Positions 27,046 to 37,326 are shown, counted from the first letter of the stretch. The stretch: 64,000 nucleotides of DNA from Patescibacteria group bacterium (GCA_028703305.1 JAQVNC010000003.1:5270-69269), one strand, 5' to 3'. A program made the numbers and translations. Notes: generated by a model not told the origin, from the sequence alone.

Positions 27046-28875
27046 TTATTCTTCTTTTTTCTTCTCCCCGACAATTTTTTCAAACTCCTCTTTTTCCAAA
27101 GTTTCTTTAAGCATAAGCTCGCCCACGACTTTTTCCAATAAGTCGGCTTGAACTTTAATTAAGCCTTTGGCTTGATGCGCGGCTTTATCAATGAAGTTGG
27201 ATATCTCTTTATCAATCTGCTCGGCTACTTTTTCGCTGTAGTCGCGCTGTTCATGGATTTCCCGGCCTAAAAATATCATCTCGTCTTTTTCGCCGAAAGT
27301 GCGCGGGCCCAAAGAATCGCTCATGCCAAAATCGGTAATTAACTTTCTGGCCAATCCGGTAGCGCGCCTTAAATCCGAAGTGGCTCCGGTAGTAACCTCG
27401 CCGAAAATTTCCTGCTCGGTAATATACCCGGCGAGCAACACCGCGATTTCCTCAACATATTCGGTTTTGGAATACATGTGCTTGTCTTCCAGAGGTATCT
27501 TTAAAGTATAGCCGCCGGCTTGGCCGCGGGCGATAATAGAAACTTTTTGCACCGGATCGCTATGAAGAGAAAAATGCGCGACAATCGCGTGGCCGGCCTC
27601 ATGATAGGCGGTTATTTTCTTTTCTTTATCGGACAGAATGCGCGACTTTCTTTCCGGGCCGAGCATAACCTTTTCAATGGAAGAAAAAATTTCTTCCAAA
27701 TCAATTATTTTTTTATTTTTCATGGCGGCTAGAATCGCGGCTTCATTTAAAAGGTTGGCTAAATCGGCGCCGGTAAAACCAGGGGTCCTCTCGGCCACTC
27801 TTTTTAAGCTAACGTCTTTGCCTAGCGGTTTTTTCTTGGAATGAACCTTTAGAATGGCTTCGCGATCGGCTAAATCAGGCTCGTCTAAAATAACCCGGCG
27901 GTCAAAACGCCCGGGCCGAAGTAGCGCCGGATCCAAAACATCGGGGCGATTAGTGGCCGCTATAACAATAACATTAGTGGTAGGGTCAAAGCCGTCCATT
28001 TCCACTAAAATTTGATTTAAAGTCTGCTCGCGCTCATCATGCGAGCCGCCGAGTCCGGCGCCGCGCCGGCGGCCGACCGCGTCAATTTCGTCAACAAAAA
28101 TTATGCAAGGCGCGCTTTTCTTGGCTTTGCGGAATAAATCCCTAACGCGCGATGCGCCCACGCCCACGAACATCTCCACGAACTCGGAACCGGAAATGGA
28201 AAAAAACGGCACACTGGCCTCGCCGGCAACGGCGCGAGCCAATAAAGTTTTGCCGGTTCCCGGACTGCCTAATAAGAGAACGCCGCGCGGCGTGCGCGCG
28301 CCCAGCTCGGAAAATTTATTGGGATTTTTTAAAAACTCAACCACTTCCGATAATTCTTCCTTAGCCTCTTTGGCCCCGGCCACATCTTTAAAAGTCACCT
28401 TGCCTTTAAATTCCTTGCCGGTTTCCCTGGCCTGGGATTGGCCGAACATCATGGCCTTGGAATTAGCGCCCTGGACCGAACGCATCATAAAATAAATAAA
28501 AACGCTGATTAAGAGAAAAGGAATCAGAAAAGGCAAAATCGCGGCCAGCCAATAATCCATTCCCTGATTATCTTGGACTTCAATGGCTAAACCGCTTAAT
28601 TTGCCTTGGTCAACGTTATAATTTTTAATGATCTGCGAAAAAGTGTCGCCAGGCTCTTTTTTAACCACTTCGCTTTTACCGTCCTTTAATGTCGCCCTTA
28701 TTTCATTGCCCACAATAACAATTTTATTTATTTCCTGATTATTTATCTGCCCGATTAAAGTTTCCACCCCGACTTGCTCGGTTTTTTGGCCGCTACCGCC
28801 CAAAAAGCTGAAAAGCGCGGCAATCAGCAAAAATACCGTAAAAAATATTAAAAAGTTTTTAATTAAGTTTTTCAT
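27046..28875 (-). CDS. ftsH: ATP-dependent zinc metalloprotease FtsH
   Basis: [17 protein letters not shown] (Walker A), IIFVDEIDA (Walker B), HEAGHA zinc site. Confidence 0.95.
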   Translation of the reverse strand: MKNLIKNFLIFFTVFLLIAALFSFLGGSGQKTEQVGVETLIGQINNQEINKIVIVGNEIRATLKDGKSEVVKKEPGDTFSQIIKNYNVDQGKLSGLAIEVQDNQGMDYWLAAILPFLIPFLLISVFIYFMMRSVQGANSKAMMFGQSQARETGKEFKGKVTFKDVAGAKEAKEELSEVVEFLKNPNKFSELGARTPRGVLLLGSPGTGKTLLARAVAGEASVPFFSISGSEFVEMFVGVGASRVRDLFRKAKKSAPCIIFVDEIDAVGRRRGAGLGGSHDEREQTLNQILVEMDGFDPTTNVIVIAATNRPDVLDPALLRPGRFDRRVILDEPDLADREAILKVHSKKKPLGKDVSLKRVAERTPGFTGADLANLLNEAAILAAMKNKKIIDLEEIFSSIEKVMLGPERKSRILSDKEKKITAYHEAGHAIVAHFSLHSDPVQKVSIIARGQAGGYTLKIPLEDKHMYSKTEYVEEIAVLLAGYITEQEIFGEVTTGATSDLRRATGLARKLITDFGMSDSLGPRTFGEKDEMIFLGREIHEQRDYSEKVAEQIDKEISNFIDKAAHQAKGLIKVQADLLEKVVGELMLKETLEKEEFEKIVGEKKKEE

Positions 28876-28999
28876 TTGTTTATTTTTTGTTATTCCCGCG
28901 TAAGCACTCAGTTATCTTTTTCAGCACCGAGGCTAGCACCGAGGAGTAATCCATTTCCTTAATTTAATAAATTATAAAGCATTTATTCCCCTTTGGCAA

Positions 29000-30403
29000 T
29001 CAGGCGGAAAATTTATCCTTAAAAAAATTCTCCAAGTCTGATATTTTAATTCTTACCTGCTCCATGGTGTCGCGGTCGCGCACGGTAACATCGCTTTTTT
29101 CCAAACTGTCAAAATCAACGGTTACGCAAAAAGGCGTGCCGATTTCATCCTGCCGGCGGTAGCGTTTGCCAATATTGCCGTTATCATCAAATTCGCAAAT
29201 ATAATCTAATTTTAATTTGTCATAAACCTCTTTGGCTTTTTTTACCAGCTCTGGCTTGTTTCTTAGTAAAGGAAAAACCGCGATTTTGATCGGCGCTAAG
29301 GCTTTAGGAAATTTCATGACCACCCTGGTTTCGCCGTTGACATCTTCTTCGGCGTAAGCAAAATCAAGAAACATCAAAAGCATCCGATTAAGCCCGGCCG
29401 AGGTTTCCAGAATATGCGGAATAAATTTCTCGCCGCCATCATCCGTATAATTTAATTCAACGCCGGAAAATTTCGCGTGCTGGCTTAAATCCCAATTGCC
29501 CCTGGCATGAATGCCTTCAATCTCGTCAAAACCGCCCAATGATTTAAAGCCATATAAAATATCATAAGCCTCGGTCGCGTAATGGGCCAGTTTTTCATGC
29601 TGATGCCATTTTATTTTATCTTTGGGGATGCCATTATCCAAATACCACTGCCACCTTAATTCCTTCCACATTTTATATTTTTCCTTCATCATGCTCGGCT
29701 GGAGAAAATATTGCATTTCCATTTGCTCAAATTCACGAGTCCGGAAAATAAACTGGCGCGCCACAATTTCATTTCTGAAAGCTTTACCGACCTGGGCAAT
29801 GCCGAAAGGAAGTTTCTTATGTAAAGAATCAACCGTATTTTTATATTCCAAGTAGATGCCGCCGCAAGTTTCCGGCCTTAAATAAACGACGTTTTCTTCC
29901 GTAAATTCTTCAGTCGGCGAGCCGATATTTGATTTTACCATTAAAGAAAATATTTTCGCTTTTGTAAGGTTGGTTGAGCCGCAATTAGGGCATTTTAATT
30001 TCCCTTGCTCGCGCAGCTTATCCAGATGATTATTGATTTCTTCTAAAGTAGCCTTATCCGCGTCAATCCCATACTCCTTTAAAAGATGGTCGGCCCTGAA
30101 TCTATTTTTGCATTTTTTGCAGTCAATTTGGGGATCATTAAAGCCGCCGACATGTCCGGAAGCAACCCAGGTTTTCGGGTGCATAAAAATCGCGCTATCA
30201 AGGCCGACAACGTCATCGCGCATTTGAACCATGCTCTTCCACCAGGAATCGCGGATATTATTTTTTAATAGCGTGCCGTAGTGGCCATAGTCATAGATAG
30301 CGGCCAAACCGCCGTAGATTTCCGAAGACGGATAAACAAAACCTCGCCTTTTACACAAAGAAACGATTTTTTCTAAGGTTGTATCATCCTTTTTATTAGT
30401 CAT
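29000..30403 (-). CDS. glyQS: glycyl-tRNA synthetase (class II, alpha2 type)
   Basis: RRGFVYPSSEIYGG, FRNEI..R.FIFRTREFEQMEMQYF, EGIHARGNWDLSQH, ETSAGLNR. Confidence 0.92.
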   Translation of the reverse strand: MTNKKDDTTLEKIVSLCKRRGFVYPSSEIYGGLAAIYDYGHYGTLLKNNIRDSWWKSMVQMRDDVVGLDSAIFMHPKTWVASGHVGGFNDPQIDCKKCKNRFRADHLLKEYGIDADKATLEEINNHLDKLREQGKLKCPNCGSTNLTKAKIFSLMVKSNIGSPTEEFTEENVVYLRPETCGGIYLEYKNTVDSLHKKLPFGIAQVGKAFRNEIVARQFIFRTREFEQMEMQYFLQPSMMKEKYKMWKELRWQWYLDNGIPKDKIKWHQHEKLAHYATEAYDILYGFKSLGGFDEIEGIHARGNWDLSQHAKFSGVELNYTDDGGEKFIPHILETSAGLNRMLLMFLDFAYAEEDVNGETRVVMKFPKALAPIKIAVFPLLRNKPELVKKAKEVYDKLKLDYICEFDDNGNIGKRYRRQDEIGTPFCVTVDFDSLEKSDVTVRDRDTMEQVRIKISDLENFFKDKFSA

Positions 30404-30417
30404 ATTTTTTGGTTACA

Positions 30418-30553
30418 GTCATTGCGAGGAGCCTGTAATCAGGCGACGCGGCAATCTCACGTACTATTTATTAAAATGATAGATTATTCCTGCAATGAAG
30501 GTTTATTTTTATTTAATCATTTGTGAGATTGCTTCGCTTACGCTCGCAATGAC
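30418..30553. repeat. family-B palindromic repeat (gtcattgcgagg...gcaatctcac / gtgagattgcttcgcttacgctcgcaatgac) with a ~70-nt AT-rich insert in its centre
   Basis: Terminal 11-bp arms gtcattgcgag/ctcgcaatgac and inner arms gcaatctcac/gtgagattgc. A second copy lies at 37867-37950. Confidence 0.8.
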
Positions 30554-30593
30554 AAATATTACTCATTATAGCATTTTTTTGCATATTTGCAAT

Positions 30594-30627
30594 AAAAAAC
30601 GCCTCTAAATTTTTAGAGGCGTTTTTT
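30594..30627. terminator. rho-independent terminator downstream of rpsA (bidirectional form)
   Basis: aaaaaacgcctctaaa-tt-tttagaggcgtttttt. Confidence 0.8.
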
Positions 30628-30640
30628 ATATTATCTGAAT

Positions 30641-31945
30641 TTATTTTTCTTTTTTCTTTTTTGCCGGCTTGTCTTTCTTCTTGTCCTCCGCAGCTTCGGC
30701 AGAGGAGGATTCTTCCGCTGCTTCAGTTTTTTCTTTCTTGACCTTTTTAGTTTTATTTTTTTTCTCGCCCTCTTCTTTATCTTTCTTTTCATCTTCTTTC
30801 TTTTTGCTTTTAGCGGCCGGCTGTTCGGCTTCAGTTGAAACGGACAGGCCTAAGCGATGGTCTTTCGGTTCAATAGAGACAATGGTAAAATCCTTTTTTT
30901 CTCCGGAATGAAAAACCTCGCTGATTTTTTGCCCGGGCGCTAAGCCAATCTGGCTGACATGCGCCAAGCCGTGAATATCAGGATCCAATTCAACAAATAA
31001 GCCAAACGGATTAACTTTTAAAATAATGCCGGAAACTACCTGGCCGACTTTATATTTAGTTTCCACATCATGCCAAGGATCGGTTAAAAGCTTCTTGGCT
31101 GATAAAAATATTTTAGAGCCTTCAATGGAAATTATTTCGGCTTTGATTTTATCTCCAACCTTGAATAAGTCTGACGGATCGTCAATTCTTTGCCAGGCCA
31201 ATTCGGAAATATGAATTAAGCCTTCTAAATTTTCTCCGAAACTGACGAAAACCCCGAAATCGGTTAAAGCTGTAATCGCGCCTTCAACTTGGCTCCCAAC
31301 TTTATATTTGGAAATTATGTCTTTTTGCTTTTCCTGCCAAGCTTCTTTCTCGCTGACGATTAATTTTTCATCTTTTTCGTCCAAGGTCATAATTTTAACT
31401 TCAAAATCAGTGCCGACAAAAGATTTTAATTTATCCAAAATTCTGCCTTTATCGCCACCGTTGACTCGCGGATAATTTTCCGGCGCCAATTGCGAAACCG
31501 GCAAAAATCCCTGAATTTGTCCGTAGCTAACCAATAAGCCGCCTTTATTGGCATCTTGAACCCTGAATTTCAAAATTTTCCTATTTTCATAAGCATCAAA
31601 TAAAGCGCTCCAGGCCTTTTGCTGGCCGGCGCTTCTAAATGACAGCTCCAAATCTCCATTTTCATTTTCTTCTTCAATTATAGTCGCTTCAACTTCATCA
31701 CCCGGCTTTAAATTCGCGTATTCCTCGGCTTCAAAATAAAGCTCGCGGCCGCGCACTACGCCGGTAGCGATGCCGTCAATATCAAGCTTAACCTCGGCTT
31801 TGGAGGCGGACAAAACTACGCCCTTAATAATATCCCCGACCTGGGGAATTTTGGCATTTTCCGCGTCCAATAGCTTTTGGAATTCTTGGTCGCTAGCCTG
31901 GTCAAATTGCGCGTTAGCGCCGTTATTTTTAGTTTCTTCTGTCAT
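30641..31945 (-). CDS. rpsA: 30S ribosomal protein S1 (four S1 domains plus Lys/Glu-rich tail)
   Basis: Repeated S1 motifs (GDIIKGVV, ANKGGLLVSYGQIQGFLP, ALTDFGVFVSF..EGLIHISEL, VNPFGLFVELD..HGLAHVSQI). Start placed at MTEETKNN. Confidence 0.85.
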   Translation of the reverse strand: MTEETKNNGANAQFDQASDQEFQKLLDAENAKIPQVGDIIKGVVLSASKAEVKLDIDGIATGVVRGRELYFEAEEYANLKPGDEVEATIIEEENENGDLELSFRSAGQQKAWSALFDAYENRKILKFRVQDANKGGLLVSYGQIQGFLPVSQLAPENYPRVNGGDKGRILDKLKSFVGTDFEVKIMTLDEKDEKLIVSEKEAWQEKQKDIISKYKVGSQVEGAITALTDFGVFVSFGENLEGLIHISELAWQRIDDPSDLFKVGDKIKAEIISIEGSKIFLSAKKLLTDPWHDVETKYKVGQVVSGIILKVNPFGLFVELDPDIHGLAHVSQIGLAPGQKISEVFHSGEKKDFTIVSIEPKDHRLGLSVSTEAEQPAAKSKKKEDEKKDKEEGEKKNKTKKVKKEKTEAAEESSSAEAAEDKKKDKPAKKKKEK

Positions 31946-32042
31946 AAAATAAAAAAACACTTCTAACCGCTCTTTTCAGAACAGCCTCTCGGCCACCTGT
32001 ACCAAGAGATAAATTATAGGTGAATATTTAATTTGTCTTTAT

Positions 32043-32070
32043 ATTATACACTATTTTATAATAAATGCAA
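32043..32070 (-). promoter_or_regulatory. sigma70-like promoter candidate for rpsA (TTGCAT-N16-TATAAT)
   Basis: Minus strand: ttgcat (32070-32065), 16-nt spacer, tataat (32048-32043). Confidence 0.4.
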
Positions 32071-32139
32071 GCGCTAAAAACCTCGCTATATAAGGTATCG
32101 TTTTATAAAAGCAACTAATCTGCTGAAAGGAGGAAAGCC

Positions 32140-32697
32140 ATGGAAAAAGTTGTTGATTTGAGCACATTTCAAAAACGACAGCGGAAAGAAAAAGAGCGGG
32201 AAAAAACTCTAACAGAACTGCTAAAAGAAGCAACGATTCTGCGGCAAGGCATGGAAGAAATAAAAGAAGCCGTAAAAGTGGTGGATTTTGAAGGCTTAAG
32301 GCGTGTCTTTGATGTCAGGCTCTCCAACATTGTTCTGACAAAAAGAGATGTCGGAGTTGATTTCTTCCTTTGCGGCAATTATGTCGCCACCTTGCTTACA
32401 GAAGCCGCCAACGCCCCTCCGGAGAGCTGGTACGCGGTGGATTATTTTATAAGAGCCGAAGAAGAAAATGATCCGGCCGCTTTAAGGCAAGGAGCTAACG
32501 TCTGCTTCCTGATCTACGCAGTTTTTCCGCCAAGAGGGCAGATAAGATGCATGAGGCTGGATGATTATGAAGCTATGGGCAGAAGTATGTATTATGGCTA
32601 TTACGGCCAAACCGGCACAGTGGTCGCTTACTATATGAGCCAGCAATTCAAGCCCATGGCTGAAATAACTAAGGAGTGCGTTAAGGAGTTAAAATAA
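32140..32697 (+). CDS. hypothetical protein (only plus-strand gene in a ~28-kb minus-strand run)
   Basis: 185-aa ORF, strong SD aaaggagga 6 nt upstream, own terminator, visibly more GC-rich than its neighbours. No family recognised. Confidence 0.6.
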   Translation: MEKVVDLSTFQKRQRKEKEREKTLTELLKEATILRQGMEEIKEAVKVVDFEGLRRVFDVRLSNIVLTKRDVGVDFFLCGNYVATLLTEAANAPPESWYAVDYFIRAEEENDPAALRQGANVCFLIYAVFPPRGQIRCMRLDDYEAMGRSMYYGYYGQTGTVVAYYMSQQFKPMAEITKECVKELK

Positions 32698-32721
32698 AAC
32701 TACGTTTTTACATTGTTTTAC

Positions 32722-32750
32722 ATCAGCACACATCACGTGCTGATTTTTTT
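32722..32750 (+). terminator. rho-independent terminator of the 32140 gene
   Basis: atcagcac-acatcac-gtgctgat followed by ttttttt. Confidence 0.7.
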
Positions 32751-32754
32751 ATAC

Positions 32755-32785
32755 AAAAAACACCGCAGGCAAAGCGGTGTTTTTT
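32755..32785 (-). terminator. rho-independent terminator downstream of the 32798 minus-strand gene (bidirectional form)
   Basis: aaaaaa-caccgc-aggcaaa-gcggtg-tttttt. Confidence 0.65.
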
Positions 32786-32797
32786 GTTATGAAAAAT

Positions 32798-33184
32798 TTA
32801 TTTTTTAAACTTTTTAATCACTAAATTTATTAGCCAACCTATCAGACCGCCAGCGAGCGTAAAGATAAAAAACCAAAGAATATGCTTACTGCCTTCGGCT
32901 AAAACCATAGTAAAAGGTACAAAAATTAAAATTAACCACGATAACCATTGCTTTCGCGAAACAAATACCATGATGAATAAAGGCAGGAAAAAAAGATAGG
33001 CAAAAATAATCGCTCCAACAATTAATTCCTCGCCCCTCCCATAGAACAAACCGTAACCGCCATTAGAGGGATTTAAAATTTTATCATAAAACAATTTAAA
33101 TAACGAAGAAAAGATAAACGAACTAATTACAGCGGCAATAAATGAATAAACTACTTGCAAAAACACTGATTTTTTTTCCAGCAT
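32798..33184 (-). CDS. small 4-TM membrane protein, paralog A
   Basis: 128 aa. The C-terminal half SRKQWLSWLILIFVPFTMVL..GSKHILWFFIFTLAGGLIGWLINLVIKKFK is nearly identical to the 34353 gene. Confidence 0.7.
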   Translation of the reverse strand: MLEKKSVFLQVVYSFIAAVISSFIFSSLFKLFYDKILNPSNGGYGLFYGRGEELIVGAIIFAYLFFLPLFIMVFVSRKQWLSWLILIFVPFTMVLAEGSKHILWFFIFTLAGGLIGWLINLVIKKFKK

Positions 33185-33188
33185 ATTT

Positions 33189-33371
33189 TTATAAATTAAT
33201 TCTTAAATAATTAATATCACTTAATATTATATCATATCCGGCCTGATTTATCTGGTTTTGCTTTTTAACTAGGTTAAGCAGCTTAATTATCACGTCCAAA
33301 CTTTTATCAATCGCTTCAGCCCGATTCTTTTCTAATTTATCAAGATTTTTGTTATATTGTTCAATCAATCT
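33189..33371 (-). pseudogene. duplicated 3'-terminal fragment (last ~60 codons) of the 34768-37326 gene, with no start codon
   Basis: Translates as RLIEQYNKNLDKLEKNRAEAIDKSLDVIIKLLNLVKKQNQINQAGYDIILSDINYLRINL*, compared with KLIEQYNKNLNKLKENRIKAIDKSLDAIVKLLNLVKKKNQINQAGYDIIINDINYLRNNL* in the full gene. Preceded by an in-frame stop. Confidence 0.8.
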
Positions 33372-33394
33372 TCATGTTTGCGGAGTTGATAACT

Positions 33395-34345
33395 TTAATT
33401 ATTACTTTTAAACAACTCGTCTACCGGCTCGATTATCCCATGTAATGAAATACCAAAATCGCTTGACTGTAAAATTTTAGATAATTCTGGATCTGTTGGA
33501 TTTTCTGTTTTCTGCATAGTCGGAGATTCAATTGATTTGATGATAGCTTGTATTTTATTTTTTATAAACAACCGCAATTTATCATTATCATGCGAAATAT
33601 CCGCACCTTGTTCATCTTTAATTAGATGGCCGGTAATTTTATAATAATTAATTAAAATATCAATAATCTTCTCCTCCCCCAAATTTTTACACATCTCCTC
33701 GGCCGTTACCTGACCTTTGAGATTTGAGCACCAACTAACACTATTAATCGAATAACCAGTTAAAACTGATTTAATAAAAAAACTGGCGGCTAAACTTTTC
33801 GCCAGATTCTGATAATAATAAAATCGTGCTACTTTTGCTTGAACCTGATAATAATTTACCAATAAACAGTTGGAATATTTATCAAGAGCTAACGCTATCG
33901 CCATATCTCTTGAAAATGATTCCTGATTCAAGGCGTTAAAAAATATTGGCGATTCACTAATATAATTTTGACCGAAATCACTAATATCTGTTTTACCTTT
34001 GTTTATGCAATCTTCAAAAAACGCCAGTTGCTCCATGTCTTTAACTAACTGATTTTCTGATGACTTTTTATAGCCATCTTCCATTTCTTTTCCTAAATTC
34101 ATCAAAGTATTGCCATTTAAATTCGAAACTACTTTATTGATAGTCGGTGGCGTTAAAACAGCATCGCTTTGATTTTCATTTATATTTTTAACCACCGGCT
34201 TTGAGCCGGAGGCTTTGCCGCCGTTTTCAATATCTTTCTTCTCTGTTAAATCTTTTCCTTGGCTGATAGGAGATTCTTTTTCGCCAGTATTCAAAACGCA
34301 AGAAGTAAGCAAAAACAATACTAAAATTATATTTAACTTTTTCAT
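33395..34345 (-). CDS. hypothetical lipoprotein
   Basis: MKKLNIILVLFLLTSC lipobox (start moved to the second ATG). The remainder is hydrophilic. Confidence 0.65.
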   Translation of the reverse strand: MKKLNIILVLFLLTSCVLNTGEKESPISQGKDLTEKKDIENGGKASGSKPVVKNINENQSDAVLTPPTINKVVSNLNGNTLMNLGKEMEDGYKKSSENQLVKDMEQLAFFEDCINKGKTDISDFGQNYISESPIFFNALNQESFSRDMAIALALDKYSNCLLVNYYQVQAKVARFYYYQNLAKSLAASFFIKSVLTGYSINSVSWCSNLKGQVTAEEMCKNLGEEKIIDILINYYKITGHLIKDEQGADISHDNDKLRLFIKNKIQAIIKSIESPTMQKTENPTDPELSKILQSSDFGISLHGIIEPVDELFKSNN

Positions 34346-34352
34346 ACTTATA

Positions 34353-34754
34353 TTAAACTTTAACTTCACTTTTAAATTTTTTTATCGCTAAATTAATTAG
34401 CCAACCTATTAAACCACCGGCGAAAGTAAAGATAAAAAACCAAAGAATATGCTTACTGCCGCCGACTAAAACCATAGTAAAAGGTATAAAGATTAAAATT
34501 AACCAGGATAGCCATTGCTTTCTAGATACAAAAAACATAATAAATAATGGCAGAAAAAATATATAAGCAAATATGGAGTTTTGAATTACTCCAAGGGCAA
34601 TATTGCAATCAAGCCCTGAAAAACCACACGTCGGGATTGGATTAAATAAAAATAAATATAATTTACCAAACAATGAAGAAAAAATTAATGAACTAATAAT
34701 TGCGGCAAGCAAAGAATAAACTGAAGTTAATAACACTGATTTTTTTTCAAACAT
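34353..34754 (-). CDS. small 4-TM membrane protein, paralog B
   Basis: 133 aa. Paralog of the 32798-33184 gene. Confidence 0.7.
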   Translation of the reverse strand: MFEKKSVLLTSVYSLLAAIISSLIFSSLFGKLYLFLFNPIPTCGFSGLDCNIALGVIQNSIFAYIFFLPLFIMFFVSRKQWLSWLILIFIPFTMVLVGGSKHILWFFIFTFAGGLIGWLINLAIKKFKSEVKV

Positions 34755-34767
34755 ATTTTTTTATTAA

Positions 34768-37326
34768 TTATAAATTATTTCTTAAGTAATTAATATCATT
34801 TATTATTATATCATATCCGGCCTGATTTATCTGGTTTTTCTTTTTAACTAGATTAAGCAGCTTAACTATCGCGTCCAAACTTTTATCAATCGCCTTAATC
34901 CGGTTCTCTTTTAATTTATTTAGATTTTTATTATATTGCTCAATCAATTTCTGCTTCTGCTTATCCGATAATTTTTTATCGTCCCGCGTTTTTCTAATTA
35001 ACTTTTCTAATGAAGCCTGCTCTTTTTCAAAATATTTAGCTTCTATCTTTAAAAGCCTAAAAGCGCTAGCCAGTAGCGGCTTATAAATTCTGCCCTTTAG
35101 CCAACCGCGGCTATGAATTTCTTCAATATCGCTAATTGTACTATCTATATTGGCGATTATTTCAAATTTAATTTGTGCTTGCGCTTGATTGCCTGATTTA
35201 TCGCTGGCCTGAATTATTAAATCATGCCGTCCTAAAGAATAATCAAATAAATCAATGGTCGTAGTAGCTAAAATCTGATCATCTATCATTATGGCCGTAA
35301 TAGCCAAGCCGGAAAAATCATCGGTAGCAATATAATCTACTATTAAATTATCGCTATGCAGATATTTTTCGTTTTCTGTCGGCTTATTAATTATCACTAC
35401 CGGCGGCACGGTATCTATGGGCTCTAAATCGCTGATTGGATTTTCAGGCGCGGCCGAATAAGTTATACTAAATTCCCTTATCTGATCCGGCGCGATAGCG
35501 CCTTTAAATTCTTTACTAATTTCCGAATTGCCATTAATTATGCTACCGGCTAAAATATACTCTCCGCCGTTATCCACGCCTTTTAGCTCAACCTTATATT
35601 CCCCGTCAATTGGATTAGGAATCAAAACAAACTCGGCGTGATCATTAAAACCGCTATAAAAAGCGTCTGGGATTTCATTAATTTCCGTGTTATTATTAAA
35701 ATCTTTGCCTATTTTATCGCCGTTAGGCGCTATTATATTAAAATCAACCGGCGAATAGACTCGGAAAAAAGCCCAGCGCTTGAAAGTTGAAGTAAGTCTG
35801 CTGTTATAATAATTTTCCGGCAATTTTCCCGTAAGCGATTTAATAATCTCTTTTTGCATAATAGTAGGCAGATTTTCATGATCAGAAATTCCGGACATTA
35901 CGGTCTCGACTCCATTCAAACTATTAGCACTATTAAAAGGCACAGTACCATCGCCATTGCCCATTTCTAAACTATCTAAATTTATAGCTAAATTTTCCGG
36001 ATAACCGCTTTGCCATTTATTATCAGTCGCGTCCGGATCAGGTATAACTTTAATATTATTTAAAGTACTATTACCTCCTAAATCGCTTACAATATTGGTA
36101 ATTTTTACTCTTTGCTTCAATATATTAATATTTGCTTGATTATTTAAATTCTCCAGATAATTATTTTGCGGATAATTTAATGGATAGGTTCGTAATAGCC
36201 AGGAATTATCAGATTGTTTATCTTTTAAGTAATCAAATATGGGCAGAAGTTGCTCTGCTGATAACACTTGTGCTTTAATATAATCAACTAAATCAAAATA
36301 ACCATTAATGGCAGCTTCCGTTTGAAAAAAATATTCTTGCAACCATGATCGTGGTCCTCTAAATTCTGCTCCCTCATATTTTAAATAACTTTCCGGCGAC
36401 CCTAAATGCGGCGTGCCTAAAAATACTACTTGGTCGATATCATTTTGGTAATCGCTCCCTTCAACATACGACCGCGTTACCAACCCGCCCATACTATGGG
36501 CGATAATATCCACCTTATCCCGTCCGCTGATTTCTTTAACCTGTTGAATCTTCTCTTTAAGTAAATTCGCCGTGATATTATTATCCGCCCGCCAATTATA
36601 GGGAAAGGTAAATAAAGTCGGCTTATCTTCATTTAAACTATTTTCTTTATAGCCGGCGGCGATTAACGCTTCCACCAGATTGTCGTAAGTATGAAATATC
36701 GGATCAATCTGCCAACGACCGGAAATGTTATAACTCCCCATAATCCCCGGAACTATTATCACCGGATCCGGTTCTGGCTCGTCAATGGCTATAATAGTCT
36801 TTATGCCAGCGCCGTTGAATCCGCCTTGATCGGAATAGCCGCAATATGGGCTAGTCCCGTCAGCTTGAACTCCGCACATAGAAATTGCGTGCTCATTATG
36901 ATAATTAAAACAAGATAAAATGCCGTCTGTTTGAAAATAATAATCCGCTCCGATTTCCAAGGCATAACTGCGCGGTAAAATAAATTCGTAATAGCCGCCG
37001 CCAATGCTTTTGCCCTGCATTACGCCCTGAAAAACAACCGTGGAATTCTCACAATTTTTATTATTTAATAAATTATTCGCATCTAACGTTCCCTTGCATA
37101 AATACCATGGCGTGGCGCCTAATTTTTGCGCGATAAAGCCTCGGATGGCGTTGGCTTTAGGCTTAAATTTATGGAAAACATAGTCCCTGCCAAAAACGCC
37201 CGAATTAGACGGGCAGCTATAATCAAGGTCAAAGGAATATTCAGCGGCCCACGCGCTTCCGCCGAAAACAAAAAAACATGCCAAAAGCATAATCGGCATG
37301 CTAAGTAAAAAAATCCTCCTCTTCAT
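34768..37326 (-). CDS. large secreted alpha/beta-hydrolase (lipase/LCAT/PGAP1-like) protein with C-terminal Ig-like and coiled-coil regions
   Basis: Signal peptide. VIIVPGIMGS, FPYNWR, nucleophile elbow IIAHSMGGLV (GxSxG), FLGTPHLGSP. Confidence 0.7.
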   Translation of the reverse strand: MKRRIFLLSMPIMLLACFFVFGGSAWAAEYSFDLDYSCPSNSGVFGRDYVFHKFKPKANAIRGFIAQKLGATPWYLCKGTLDANNLLNNKNCENSTVVFQGVMQGKSIGGGYYEFILPRSYALEIGADYYFQTDGILSCFNYHNEHAISMCGVQADGTSPYCGYSDQGGFNGAGIKTIIAIDEPEPDPVIIVPGIMGSYNISGRWQIDPIFHTYDNLVEALIAAGYKENSLNEDKPTLFTFPYNWRADNNITANLLKEKIQQVKEISGRDKVDIIAHSMGGLVTRSYVEGSDYQNDIDQVVFLGTPHLGSPESYLKYEGAEFRGPRSWLQEYFFQTEAAINGYFDLVDYIKAQVLSAEQLLPIFDYLKDKQSDNSWLLRTYPLNYPQNNYLENLNNQANINILKQRVKITNIVSDLGGNSTLNNIKVIPDPDATDNKWQSGYPENLAINLDSLEMGNGDGTVPFNSANSLNGVETVMSGISDHENLPTIMQKEIIKSLTGKLPENYYNSRLTSTFKRWAFFRVYSPVDFNIIAPNGDKIGKDFNNNTEINEIPDAFYSGFNDHAEFVLIPNPIDGEYKVELKGVDNGGEYILAGSIINGNSEISKEFKGAIAPDQIREFSITYSAAPENPISDLEPIDTVPPVVIINKPTENEKYLHSDNLIVDYIATDDFSGLAITAIMIDDQILATTTIDLFDYSLGRHDLIIQASDKSGNQAQAQIKFEIIANIDSTISDIEEIHSRGWLKGRIYKPLLASAFRLLKIEAKYFEKEQASLEKLIRKTRDDKKLSDKQKQKLIEQYNKNLNKLKENRIKAIDKSLDAIVKLLNLVKKKNQINQAGYDIIINDINYLRNNL

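Noticed and set aside
31985-32005. The string ggtggccgagaggctg (minus strand) in the rpsA leader resembles the D-arm of tRNA-Ser/Leu.
   Set aside because: No acceptor stem, anticodon arm or GTTCRA T-loop can be built around it. More probably it is part of the rpsA 5' leader.
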